Positions 23,453 to 40,357 of a stretch of DNA of 64,000 nt are shown piece by piece (position 1 is the first letter of the stretch; the number at the start of each line of letters is the position of its first letter). The stretch is taken from assembly GCA_040753235.1 (NCBI GenBank), contig JBFMET010000014.1:2637-66636 (forward strand), in the 5' to 3' direction. The translations under genes and the position numbers were made by a program. Origin of the DNA: Pseudomonadota bacterium. GTDB lineage: Bacteria > Pseudomonadota > Gammaproteobacteria > Burkholderiales > Thiobacillaceae. The notes below the pieces were generated by a model. It searched no databases. It saw only the letters and a list, made by a program, of their open reading frames with translations, and was not told where the DNA came from.

Positions 23453-25867
23453 ATGCCCTCGAAGCCGATCCGCGAGCAGACGCTGCGCGCCTTGCGGGAT
23501 CGCAGTCATCCCTACCACACGGCGCTGCGTGAGGCCGGCCCGATCACGGTGATGGATCTGGACGAAGCCAAGAGCGTGACGCGCGCCACGCTGGACACCT
23601 CGACCACGGTCATCGTCGCCACCCGGCAGGCGTTTCAGGTGGAAGAGGAAGAGTGCCGCAAGGTATACCAGTCGAGCGGCGCACTGATGCATCACTTCGA
23701 CAATCTCGCGCCGGCCCAGCGCGACGCGTTGCTGAAGGACGGCGCGGGCGCGGAGCAGACGACGCCGTATTCGCTTGCCAACGTGCTGCGGCTGCGCCGA
23801 CCTTTCGTGGTGGTCGACGAGGCGCACAACAGCCGCACCGAACTGGCCTTCGACATGCTGGCGCGCTTTCGCCCCAGCGGAGTGATGGAGCTGACCGCCA
23901 CGCCCGATCTCGAACGCACGCCGTCCAACGTGTTGCACAGCGTGTCGGCCGCCGAGCTGAAGGCGGAAGAAATGATCAAGCTGCCGGTGGTGCTGGAAAC
24001 CGAACCCAACTGGCAGCAGTGCCTGGCGGATGCCATTGGCCGCCGCGATGCCCTGCACAAGCTGGCCGACGAGGAACGCCGCGCGGGCGCGCCCTATCTG
24101 CGGCCGCTGGTGCTGATCCAGTCGGAGCCGCGCCGGGCCGGGGTGGAGACGCTGGACTACGAGCGCGTGCGCAACGAACTCATCACCAACCATCGCATCC
24201 CGGCCGAGGAAATCGTGGTCGCCACCGGCGAGGAAAAGGGGCTGGAGCAGATCGAGACGGACTACAAAGGCGGCATTGCCGACCCGGCCTGCCCGGTGAA
24301 ATTCGTCATCACGCAGAAGGCGCTGGCCGAAGGCTGGGATTGCCCCTTTGCATACATTCTGGTGAGCATGGCCTCGCTGCACTCGGCCACGGCGGTGGAG
24401 CAGTTGCTCGGACGGGTGTTGCGGCAGCCGGGCGCCAGCCACCGGCAGGCACGTGCACTCAATCAGTCGTATGCCTTTGTGGTGTCGCGCAATTTCGCCG
24501 AAACCGCGAGCGCGTTGCGTGACCGCCTGGTGGCCGGCGCTGGCTTCGAGCGGCGCGAGGTAAGCGAGTTCGTAACCGCAGCCAAATCCGAGCAGGCCCG
24601 GTTCGATCTCGAAGGGCATACGGGCCGCGTGGTCGTGCGGCCGGTGGCGATCACCCTGTCTGAAAAGCCGGACCTCAAGAGCATACCCAAACCTGTCCGC
24701 GACAAGGTGAGCTGGGACGGCAAGCTCAATACGCTGACCATCAGCGCGCCGCTGACCGAAGACGAGACGGAAGCGCTCAAAGCCGCGGTGGCGTCTGAAA
24801 CCGCCGTCGCTGCGATTGCGGAGGCGGCCGAAGTCAGCCGCACCACGGCCATCGAGTTTTTCCAGACGCCCGCCGAACTGGGCGAACGATTCCGCGTGCC
24901 GCAGCTTGCGCTGCGCGTGCAGGGCGAACTGCAATTGTTCGACGACCCGGAGGTGCTGGAGTACCCGTGGGAGCTGTCGCCTTACGACGCCACCCCGACC
25001 GGCGACGACTTGAGCCTGCTGGGCGCAGGGCTGAAAGTATCGGAAGGCGGCGAGATCGATGTCGACGACGACAGCGGCAAGGTCGTATCGCGCTTCCTGC
25101 CCGAATTGCAGCGTGACCTGGGTCTGGTCTATCAGCCCGAGCATTGGGATGAAGTGCGCCTGGCTGCGTGGTTATGCCGGAACCTGCCAGAGCCCTCGCT
25201 TACCCACGCCAGCAAGCAGGCATTCGTGGCCGCCTGGCTAAGCGAGTTGCTGCGACGGGATGGCTTCACGCTGGCCCGCGTGAACCTGCAGAAGTTTTTG
25301 ATCCGCAATCTGATCGAGGCGCGTATCCGTGACTTGCGCAAGCTGGCAGTGGGCAAGGCTTTCCAGCAGGCCTTGTTTGGCGACGACGTGGCGTCGCGCG
25401 TTGCGGTGAGCGATCATTACGCTTTCGAATTCCACGCCCAGGCCTACGCGCCGAGCCGCGACTATGATGGCCGTTTCGGTCATTTCGATTTCCGCAAGCA
25501 TTTCTACGGTCGCATCGGCGACTTCGACAGCAAGGAGGAATTCGAATGCGCCTGCTGGCTGGACATGCAGGCGCAACAGGGGCGCATTCAGTTCTGGGTG
25601 CGCAACCTCGTGCGGCGCGAAGGCAGTTCATTCTTCCTGCAGAAGGCCGACGGGCGCTTCTACCCGGACTTTCTGTGCCAGCTTCCTGGCCCGGGAGAAA
25701 GTCCCGGGCCGATCCTTGCCGTCGAATACAAGGGCGCCGATCGTTGGACCGCGGCCGAGGATGACCGCCTGATCGGGGGCCTGTGGGCAAATCTATCCAA
25801 CGGGCGCTGCCGGTTCGTGATGGTCAAGGACAAGCGCTGGGACTGGATCGAGGCGTGTCTGGCATGA
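23453..25867 (+). pseudogene. Type III restriction enzyme Res subunit, N-terminally truncated
   Basis: DEAH (VVVDEAHN), LTATP, ALAEGWDCP and QLLGRVLR helicase motifs, plus C-terminal FYPDF...VEYK nuclease motif. Walker A (GxGKT) is absent and the ORF begins at motif Ia (PSKPIREQT). Confidence 0.75.
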
Positions 25868-25948
25868 CAGGTATTCACTTCATGAGCATTTCGGGGGCGC
25901 TTTAGAGGACGCACCACCCGTCTCCATTCAGTGCGGCGCGGCGCGGTG

Positions 25949-25982
25949 CGGTCACATGGCTGTCATGGCGCGTTGGTAGTTT
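25949..25982 (+). promoter_or_regulatory. Pho box and -10 element
   Basis: CGGTCAC-ATGG-CTGTCAT (11-bp period), 10 nt, then TAGTTT. Confidence 0.65.
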
Positions 25983-26018
25983 TCGGGGCTACACCCACTT
26001 CCTGACCGAGGCCCCGCC

Positions 26019-27548
26019 ATGAAGAAGACCCTGCTCGCCAGCGCCCTGTCCGCCCTGCTCGTCGTGCTGCCCGCCGCGGGTTGGGCGGAGTCGAGCCTGT
26101 CCGCCACCTTGCTCGCCACCTACAGCACCGGTCTGGCCGATGTCGAGGAAGAGATCTCTTCGGGCGAGACCGTTGCCCTGCGCGGCGACCGCCTGTACGT
26201 GACCAACGCCAGCGACGTTTCGCTGGATATCGTCGACGTGTCCAACCCGGCGGCGCCGCAACGGATCAAGCGCGTGGACCTGAAGGCCTACGGCGCCACG
26301 GTCAACAGCGTGGACGTGTCGTCCAGAAACCTGATCGCAGTGGCGGTCGACGCACCGAAGAAAACGAACCCGGGCACCGTGGTCTTCCTGACGCCGGGCG
26401 GCCAGGTGATCCGCACCGCGCAGGTCGGCGCCGGGCCGGACATGCTGGTGTTCACACCCAGGGGCGACCGCCTGCTGGTGGCGAACGAGGGCGAACCCGA
26501 CTGCTATGGCGCCGGCTGCACCGACCCCGTCGGCTCGGTCAGCGTGATCGACGTCCTCCCCATGAAGCCGAAGCTGACCGTGCACACCGTCGGCTTCGAC
26601 AATGTCATCCTCCCCGCCGGCGTGCGCGTCTTCGGGCCCGGCGCCACGCCCGCGCAGGATCTGGAGCCGGAGTACATCGCGGTGAGCGACGACGGCAAGA
26701 CCGCGTGGGTCACGCTGCAGGAGAACAACGCCATCGCCAGACTCGACCTCGACACCCTGTCGGTGAGCGCGATCTTTCCGCTGGGCTACAAGGATCACGG
26801 CCTCACCGGCAACGGCCTCGACGCCAGCGACCGCGACAGCGCGATCAACATCCGCCCCTGGAGCAAGGTGCTGGGCATGTACCAGCCGGACGCCGTCGCG
26901 CAGTTCCGGGCGGGCGGCCAGACCTGGCTGATCAGCGCCAACGAGGGCGACGCGCGCGATTACGATGGCTACGCCGAGGAAGTCCGCGCGCGCGACGCCG
27001 GCACGACCGTGGCGGACGCCGCCAGCAACAGCCGCCTGGGGCGGCTGACCGTCTCCAACACGCCGCCCGGCGGCGACCTCGACAATCTCTATGTCTTCGG
27101 CGCCCGCTCGTTCTCGATCTGGCATGCCGACAGCGGCAGCCTGGCCTGGGATTCCGGCGACCAGCTCGAACAGGTGACCGCCGAGCGGCTGCCCGCCCAT
27201 TTCAACAGCAACAACGACGAGAACAACTTCGACAACCGTTCCGACAACAAGGGACCGGAACCGGAAGGCGTCGCCGTGGGGCAGGTGGGCGGCAAGACCT
27301 ACGCCTTCGTCGGCCTGGAGCGCATTGGCGGGGTGATGGTGTACGACGTCACCGACCCCCAGGCCCCGGTGTTCCAGGATTATCTGGTCACGCGCGACTT
27401 CACGAAGCCGGTAAGCGAAAGCGACAGCGGCCCGGAAGTCCTGCGTTTCGTCGACGCCCGCACCAGCCCGACGGGCACCCCCATGCTGGTGGTCGCCAAC
27501 GAGACCAGCGGCACGGTCAACCTCTGGCAGCTGCAGCCCAGGCCCTGA
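26019..27548 (+). CDS. Secreted choice-of-anchor I family beta-propeller protein (atypical alkaline phosphatase-associated)
   Basis: Signal peptide; ANEGEP, DLEPEYIAVS, VTLQENNAIA, GMYQPD, ANEGDARDY, DNRSDNKGPEPEG and GLERIGG motifs. Confidence 0.82.
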   Translation: MKKTLLASALSALLVVLPAAGWAESSLSATLLATYSTGLADVEEEISSGETVALRGDRLYVTNASDVSLDIVDVSNPAAPQRIKRVDLKAYGATVNSVDVSSRNLIAVAVDAPKKTNPGTVVFLTPGGQVIRTAQVGAGPDMLVFTPRGDRLLVANEGEPDCYGAGCTDPVGSVSVIDVLPMKPKLTVHTVGFDNVILPAGVRVFGPGATPAQDLEPEYIAVSDDGKTAWVTLQENNAIARLDLDTLSVSAIFPLGYKDHGLTGNGLDASDRDSAINIRPWSKVLGMYQPDAVAQFRAGGQTWLISANEGDARDYDGYAEEVRARDAGTTVADAASNSRLGRLTVSNTPPGGDLDNLYVFGARSFSIWHADSGSLAWDSGDQLEQVTAERLPAHFNSNNDENNFDNRSDNKGPEPEGVAVGQVGGKTYAFVGLERIGGVMVYDVTDPQAPVFQDYLVTRDFTKPVSESDSGPEVLRFVDARTSPTGTPMLVVANETSGTVNLWQLQPRP

Positions 27549-27571
27549 ATCCCTCCTCCGGCAAGTCCTCG

Positions 27572-27597
27572 GGCCCGCGCAACGCGGGCCTTTTTTT
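27572..27597 (+). terminator. Rho-independent terminator
   Basis: GGCCCGCG-CAA-CGCGGGCC-TTTTTTT. Confidence 0.85.
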
Positions 27598-27606
27598 CGA
27601 TTGGCC

Positions 27607-28455
27607 TCAGGCGAGTTCCACCCATACCGGCTGGTGGTCGGACGCCTCGGTCGCGGCGTCGATGCCGTGCGATTTCAGGCGGCCCGCCAGCCCCTCAGTC
27701 AGAAATACGAAGTCGAAGCACTCGGGCCGGTCGACGAAGTCGACGGGGTGGATGCCGCAGGTCGGCGCATGCGGCACGCCGGGGTGCAGCACCTCCCAGG
27801 TGTCGCGGAAGCCCGGCACGCCGTCACCGAACGGCGCGAGCAGGCGTGCGCGCTCGGGCGCCCAGGCGGGGAAGTTGAGGTCGCCGCAGAGAAGGGCCTC
27901 GGCGGGGCGGGCGAACACTTCGAACGCGCCGCCGACTTCCTCGGGCAGCGGCGCGCGGCGCGCCATCGCGCAGGCTTCGACATGCAGGCGGCGGATGGCG
28001 TCGATCTGGATTTCACGCTGGCGTTGCGAGTAGTACTCCAGATGCGTCGTCATCACGCGCAGCGGGCCGACACCGGATTCGACCACGGCCTCGACCAGCA
28101 CGCGCTGCATGCTCGGCGTACCGGCTTCGGCCGGCCACGGCAGCAGGTGGCGCCACACCTGCCCGACCGGCAGACGGGAAAAAATGGCGTTGCCGAACTG
28201 CTTCCTGCCGCCCCGGCCGTCGGGCACGTCGGTGGCGGCACCGAAGATCGGCGTGGTGCCGGGCAGCCGGGCGGCGAGTCCGGCGACCTCGTCCTCGCCG
28301 CGGCTGCCGGGCAGGCCGGGGAAATTGACCGCGACCTCCTGCAGGCAGATCACGTCGAAGTCGCCCAGCGCGCGGATCGCGTCGGCGATACGCGCAAGGT
28401 CGACGCGGCCGTCCATGCCGCGCCCCCACTGGATGTTCCAGGTCAGAAGCTTCAT
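27607..28455 (-). CDS. Endonuclease/exonuclease/phosphatase family protein
   Basis: LLTWNIQ, ICLQEV, THLE, LCGDLN and SDHQPV catalytic motifs; ATG 28455. Confidence 0.9.
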   Translation of the reverse strand: MKLLTWNIQWGRGMDGRVDLARIADAIRALGDFDVICLQEVAVNFPGLPGSRGEDEVAGLAARLPGTTPIFGAATDVPDGRGGRKQFGNAIFSRLPVGQVWRHLLPWPAEAGTPSMQRVLVEAVVESGVGPLRVMTTHLEYYSQRQREIQIDAIRRLHVEACAMARRAPLPEEVGGAFEVFARPAEALLCGDLNFPAWAPERARLLAPFGDGVPGFRDTWEVLHPGVPHAPTCGIHPVDFVDRPECFDFVFLTEGLAGRLKSHGIDAATEASDHQPVWVELA

Positions 28456-28678
28456 TCGGTTTTCCTTTCCCCCTTTCATCAGCATAGGCAAGGAATTTTC
28501 CGCGGCGACAGTGCTCGCACGGAAGCCGGCATCCACGCTAAACCCTTGCCGCGGCGGGGCTTTGGCAAGGGGCGCATTGCCCCGGCAGGCGGACAGGATT
28601 AAAATGCCGCACTTTTCGCTTGAATTTTCTGCGGCTTGTCCCGATGGACAGGCCGCTGCTATCTGGGCTCACGGAAAC

Positions 28679-34613
<5,935 letters not shown>

Positions 34614-34688
34614 GCCTGCCGGCGGCGGCCCAGCCGTCGCCGCGGCCGGTCGCGGTATGCTTGGGCTTTGCCGCCGCTCCGCATCCGC

Positions 34689-36122
34689 ATGACCGCTGGC
34701 CGCTACGACCCCCGTTCGTTCACCCTGCTCGTCGTCGTCGCGATGGGCGTGCTCATCGTGCCGCTCGCCAGCGGCCTCATCAACGCCGTGCACGTGCTGC
34801 AGGGCGTGGCCGACACCCAGCGCCAGTTCGCTGCGACCAGCCTCGCCGTCACGCGCGACGTGCGCCAGGTCGCCGAGGCGGTCGGCCAGTTGCAGCGCGC
34901 CGCCGGGCAATACCATCTGCTGCAGGACGCCGAATTCGGCCCCACCCTGCGCCGCCGTCACGACGAACTGCAGGCGCTGCTCGCGCGCCTCGACGCGCCG
35001 CTGGCCGGCACCCCGGCGCACGCCACGCTGGCCGCCGTGCGCGCGCGCGTGCACACGCTCTACCGCGCCCTCCGGCCCGGCGCCTTCCTTGAGAGCGACC
35101 GCTTCCATGCCCAGGCGCCCGCCTTCGACGCGCTGCACGCCGCCGCACGCACCCTGCTGGTCGAAGCCGACACCGCGGTGCAGCGCGACCAGCAGGCACT
35201 GGAGGCACGGCTGCAGAGCACGCGCCAGCGCCTGATCGGGCTCGCGCTCGCGCTGATTCCGCTGACGCTGCTCCTCGCCGGCGTGTTCTCCTGGCTGATC
35301 AACCGGCCGATCCGGCAGATGAAGGCCGCGATCCAGCAGCTCGGCCGCGCCGATCTCTCCCCGCTGCCGACGATCAGCGGGCCGCACGACCTGGTCGAGC
35401 TGGGGCGCGAGCTCGACTGGCTGCGCCAGCGCCTGCAGGCGCTGGAAGAGCAGAAGCTGCGCTTCCTGCGCCACGTGTCGCACGAGCTGAAGACGCCGCT
35501 GGCGTCGCTGCGCGAAGGCGTCGCGCTGCTCGACGACGAACTCGCCGGCAGCCTCAACGCGCGCCAGCGCAGCATCGTCGCCATCATGGACGCCGGCAGC
35601 CGCGACCTGCAGAAGCGCATCGAGGACCTGATCCGCTACGGCGGCATGATGCGCGACGGCGCGCAGCTGCCTGCCACGCCGCAGCCGCTCGACGCCGCGC
35701 TCGACGCCGTGCTCGCGCGACACAAGCTCGCGCTGACGGCACGCCGCATCCGCGTCGAAACGCAACTCGACGCCGCCAGCGTGATGACCGAGCGCAGCCA
35801 GCTGGAAACCGTGCTCGACAACCTGCTGTCGAATGCGGTCAAATTCAGTCCCGAGGGCGGGCGCATCCTGGTGAAGAGCGAAGCCGCCAAGGACGCGGTC
35901 GCGGTATCGGTGTGCGACGAAGGCCCCGGCATTCCGGCCGACGAGCAGCCGCGCGTGTTCGAACCCTTCTTCCAGGGTGCGCGCCAGCCGGCGAGCACGG
36001 TGAAGGGCAGCGGGCTGGGGCTGTCGATCGTGCGCGAGACGCTGCGCGCGGCCGGCGGAACCGCCGAGATCGTCGACTGTCCGCCCTGGTCGACCTGTAT
36101 TCGCTTAACCTGGCCCGTTTAA
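34689..36122 (+). CDS. Sensor histidine kinase, GlrK/QseE-like
   Basis: Two TM segments, HAMP, FLRHVSHELKTPLASLREG, NAVKFSP, DEGPGIP, GSGLGL; operon with a lipoprotein and a sigma54 activator. Confidence 0.85.
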   Translation: MTAGRYDPRSFTLLVVVAMGVLIVPLASGLINAVHVLQGVADTQRQFAATSLAVTRDVRQVAEAVGQLQRAAGQYHLLQDAEFGPTLRRRHDELQALLARLDAPLAGTPAHATLAAVRARVHTLYRALRPGAFLESDRFHAQAPAFDALHAAARTLLVEADTAVQRDQQALEARLQSTRQRLIGLALALIPLTLLLAGVFSWLINRPIRQMKAAIQQLGRADLSPLPTISGPHDLVELGRELDWLRQRLQALEEQKLRFLRHVSHELKTPLASLREGVALLDDELAGSLNARQRSIVAIMDAGSRDLQKRIEDLIRYGGMMRDGAQLPATPQPLDAALDAVLARHKLALTARRIRVETQLDAASVMTERSQLETVLDNLLSNAVKFSPEGGRILVKSEAAKDAVAVSVCDEGPGIPADEQPRVFEPFFQGARQPASTVKGSGLGLSIVRETLRAAGGTAEIVDCPPWSTCIRLTWPV

Positions 36123-36150
36123 CCCGGCCCACGCACACGACGCCATCGAC

Positions 36151-36608
36151 ATGACTGTCAAACCGCTTCTACTTGCCGTGCTGTTGCTGACGCTCGGCGC
36201 CTGCGCCCAGTTCGCCGACTCGCCGGCGCTGCGCGCGCTGCAGCCCGAAACCGGCGCCCACGCCATGCTGGGCGAACTGTCGCGCGTCGCGTCGCTCTCG
36301 GCCGAACAGCGGCGCCGCGAACTCGCGGGGCTCGAAGGCGCCCGTCTCGACGACGCGCGGCGCTTCCAGCTCGCCGCGCTGCTCGAGCGCGACGACAGCC
36401 CCGATGCGCCCGAACGCGGCCTGCGCGCGCTCAATGCACTCGACCCGTCCGACGCCCGCGCGCAGGCGCTGGTCGAACTGATGAAGCGTTCGCTGCGCGC
36501 GCGCATCGAGCTGCGTCAGCAGAGCGCGCGCGCGCAGGAACTGCAGGACAAGCTCGACCAGATCAAGACCCTGGAAAAATCCCTGCAACAGCGCACCCCC
36601 GCCAAGCC

Positions 36609-36612
<4 letters not shown>
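36151..36612 (+). CDS. Lipoprotein, QseG/YfhG-like
   Basis: Lipobox LTLGA/C, helical, ends ...LQDKLDQIKTLEKSL; lies between the kinase and the regulator. Confidence 0.7.
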
Positions 36613-37961
<1,349 letters not shown>

Positions 37962-37999
37962 GCCGCCGGTTGTGCTCGTTTCCGCCCGGGATGCGCCGT

Positions 38000-38180
38000 T
38001 GTCGCCGATCGCCGACTCGCGCTTCTCATAAAATCAAACACTTGGCAATTTGACCCTCATCCTGTCGCTCTATGGCGACGGATTTCGGCCTTTTGCGTCG
38101 CATCGCGCCGACGCCCTCCCGGCACGACGCTCTAATACACTGTTATCAAAGCATTAATCCAGACTGGCACGGTCGTCGCT
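38000..38180 (+). promoter_or_regulatory. Sigma54 promoter with three GTC-N10-GAC enhancer boxes and two IHF sites
   Basis: Boxes at 38000-17, 38063-80 and 38096-113; WATCAANNNNTTR at 38032-44 and 38144-56; TGGCACGGTCGTCGCT (-24/-12) at 38165-80. Confidence 0.75.
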
Positions 38181-38233
38181 GTATCCGGCTTGAGTGCTAC
38201 GGCATTCATTCCGACTCACACAAGGAGATAGCG

Positions 38234-38713
38234 ATGAAGAACCTCAAGCATTCCATTCTGACCCTCGCGCTCGCCGGCGCCCTCGGCACCGCGGGCGCCG
38301 CCCTCGCCAACCCGGTGATGCCCAATTTCAAGGCCGCCGACAGCAACGGCGACGGCGCGGTCAGCCTGCAGGAATTCATGGCCGTCGGCGGCTACGAGCA
38401 GGCCTTTCACGAGGGCGACACCAACGGCGACAAGCAGCTCACCAGCGACGAATACGCCAAGGCCGTCGCCAACAACGACCGCCTCAAGGCCGGCAAGTAC
38501 GTCGACGACGCCTGGATCACCGCCAAGGTGAAGGCCTTGCTGGTGAAAGACGAGGGCGTGAAGGGCCTCGAGGTGAAAGTGGAAACCTACAAGGGCAACG
38601 TCCAGCTCTCGGGCTGGGTCAGCCACCCGACCCAGATCGCGCAGGCCGAGCGCATCGCGCGCGGCGTCGACGGCGTGAAGGGCGTGCGGAACGACCTGCA
38701 GGTCAAGCGCTGA
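38234..38713 (+). CDS. Periplasmic EF-hand + BON domain protein
   Basis: AAGGAG RBS, signal peptide, DSNGDGAVSLQE and DTNGDKQLTSDE EF-hand loops, DDAWITAKVKALL...GNVQLSG BON domain. Confidence 0.85.
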   Translation: MKNLKHSILTLALAGALGTAGAALANPVMPNFKAADSNGDGAVSLQEFMAVGGYEQAFHEGDTNGDKQLTSDEYAKAVANNDRLKAGKYVDDAWITAKVKALLVKDEGVKGLEVKVETYKGNVQLSGWVSHPTQIAQAERIARGVDGVKGVRNDLQVKR

Positions 38714-38771
38714 CCCTGCTCCGGCCACGGCGCGGTCGTGGCCGGCCTGTCCCGACATCGAGGAGCGAACA

Positions 38772-39119
38772 ATGAACCTGCGACACCCGCATCAAGACGA
38801 GCACATGACCCACTACGAATGGAGCGGCGCCCTCACGGCGATTCCGCTGAACTTTCCCGCCGGCACCCGCCGCGACCACCCCTGGCACGCCTCGACCGCG
38901 ATCCTCGCGCTGCTGGCCAGCCTGCTCATCCTCAACGGCTGCGACCGCCAGGGCCCGGCCGAAGAGGCCGGCGCGCAGATCGACGAGGCCGTGCAGGACA
39001 TGAAGGACGCCGTCGACCCGCCGGGACCGGCCCAGGAGGCGGGCCGCGCGATCGACGACGCGCGCGAGGATCTCGGCGAAAAAGTCGAGCAGATCGGCGA
39101 GGACATGCAGAAGCCGTGA
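38772..39119 (+). CDS. Small putative lipoprotein with acidic repeats
   Basis: GAGGAG RBS, LILNG/C lipobox-like site, duplicated GPA(E/Q)EAG..ID(E/D)A. Confidence 0.6.
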   Translation: MNLRHPHQDEHMTHYEWSGALTAIPLNFPAGTRRDHPWHASTAILALLASLLILNGCDRQGPAEEAGAQIDEAVQDMKDAVDPPGPAQEAGRAIDDAREDLGEKVEQIGEDMQKP

Positions 39120-39139
39120 GCCGGCGCGCCGCCAGCAAA

Positions 39140-39167
39140 AAGGCCGGGCGCTCGCGCGCCCGGCCTT
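39140..39167. terminator. Hairpin terminator between convergent genes
   Basis: AAGGCCGGGCGC-TCGC-GCGCCCGGCCTT. Confidence 0.7.
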
Positions 39168-39187
39168 GTATGGGAACCGCCCTGCGA

Positions 39188-40357
39188 TCAGAAGCGGTAG
39201 CTGACCATCAGCTGCCAGTTGAGCTGGCTGTGCTCGATGGTGATGCCTTGGTTACCCATGGGCGGCAACGCGCCGGTACCGGTTACCGCCGTCTCAGGCA
39301 CGTAGCTCACGGCGAAATTGAGTTCCGACTGCTTGCTGAACGCGTAACCGAAGCCCACCGTGTAATGATGCTCGACGATCGCCGGCCACAGAAAATTGAC
39401 GTTCGCATCAGGAATCGGGTTCTTGCCGTAGTTGTAGCCGACGCGGCCGGTGAGGGCGTCGCTGAACGCGTACGCCATGCCCAGCGACACCACGGTCTGG
39501 TCGTCCCAGTCCTGCTGGAAGGGTACGACCAGACCGCCGGGGCCGCGGATCGTCACGGTGTTCATGGAGTCGCCCCACAGCAGCTGCTTGACGTCGGCCG
39601 CGAACAGCAGACGCGCGTTCGCCTGCCAGGCGAGACCGAGACCGACGACCGCGGGCATGTCGAAGCCCTCGACGGTGTAGCCGTCGCCCTTGAGCTTGGG
39701 CAGGTTGCCGGCGGTCTGGTAGACGCCGCCGACGGTCAGCGCGTCGTCGAGCCTGTAGGTGAAGCCGAGCTTGGCGGCGAGGCTGTAGCCCTTGGCCGCG
39801 CCGGTGAAGTCGCTGCCGTCCTTGAAGTTGATTTCCTTGCTCAAGGGCGTGTTGTTGATGTCGGCCACCAGGTCCATGCCCGCCCACACGACGTCGACGC
39901 TGCCGCCCACGGTAAAGCGCTCGTTGACGTTCCAGGCCAGCGGGAAGATCAGCCGGCCCACCCCCACCTGCGCCATGTCGCCGCTGGCGTACTCGGTACC
40001 CATGCCGCCCTGGCCGTAGATGCCGACGCCATAGGTGAAGTCGCCCGCCTTGCGAACGAAACCGAAGGCCGGCATGTAGAAGGCGTCGGCGCTGGAGTCG
40101 CCCAGGCCGCTTGCCGACACGTCCGGGCCGACATGGCCCAGCATGAGGTCGATGCGGCTGCCCGGCGCCATCAGGCCCAGCGTGGCCGGGTTGTTCGCCA
40201 TGGCGGCGGTGCCGTTGTCGTAAGCCAGCGATGCGCCGCCCATGCCGGCAGCGATGGGGCCGTAGCCTTCCATCAGCATGCCATTGGTGGCATGGGCGAA
40301 ACCGGGCATGGCGAGGCCCAGGGCGGCCAGCGCGGCCGCGTATGCGTTCTGTCGCAT
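39188..40357 (-). CDS. OmpP1/FadL/TodX outer membrane transporter
   Basis: Signal peptide, GMGGASLA...NNPA, QGGMGTEY, RVGYNYGKNPI, C-terminal SYRF; ATG 40357. Confidence 0.85.
   Translation of the reverse strand: MRQNAYAAALAALGLAMPGFAHATNGMLMEGYGPIAAGMGGASLAYDNGTAAMANNPATLGLMAPGSRIDLMLGHVGPDVSASGLGDSSADAFYMPAFGFVRKAGDFTYGVGIYGQGGMGTEYASGDMAQVGVGRLIFPLAWNVNERFTVGGSVDVVWAGMDLVADINNTPLSKEINFKDGSDFTGAAKGYSLAAKLGFTYRLDDALTVGGVYQTAGNLPKLKGDGYTVEGFDMPAVVGLGLAWQANARLLFAADVKQLLWGDSMNTVTIRGPGGLVVPFQQDWDDQTVVSLGMAYAFSDALTGRVGYNYGKNPIPDANVNFLWPAIVEHHYTVGFGYAFSKQSELNFAVSYVPETAVTGTGALPPMGNQGITIEHSQLNWQLMVSYRF

Larger units (their letters stand above)
21367..25900. mobile_element. Decayed genomic islet at the tRNA-Ala 3' end
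   Basis: Defence-type genes start right after the tRNA and are visibly less GC-rich than the flanks, with TTA codons. No integrase or att repeat found. Confidence 0.55.

Noticed and set aside
25905-25932. Possible attR copy of the tRNA-Ala 3' end (CCGTCTCCA versus CCGCTCCACCA)
   Set aside because: Too short and gapped to distinguish from chance.
34614-34688. GlmY-like sRNA upstream of the glrK-like gene, as in enterobacteria
   Set aside because: Only about 75 nt of GC-rich spacer; no room and no terminator.
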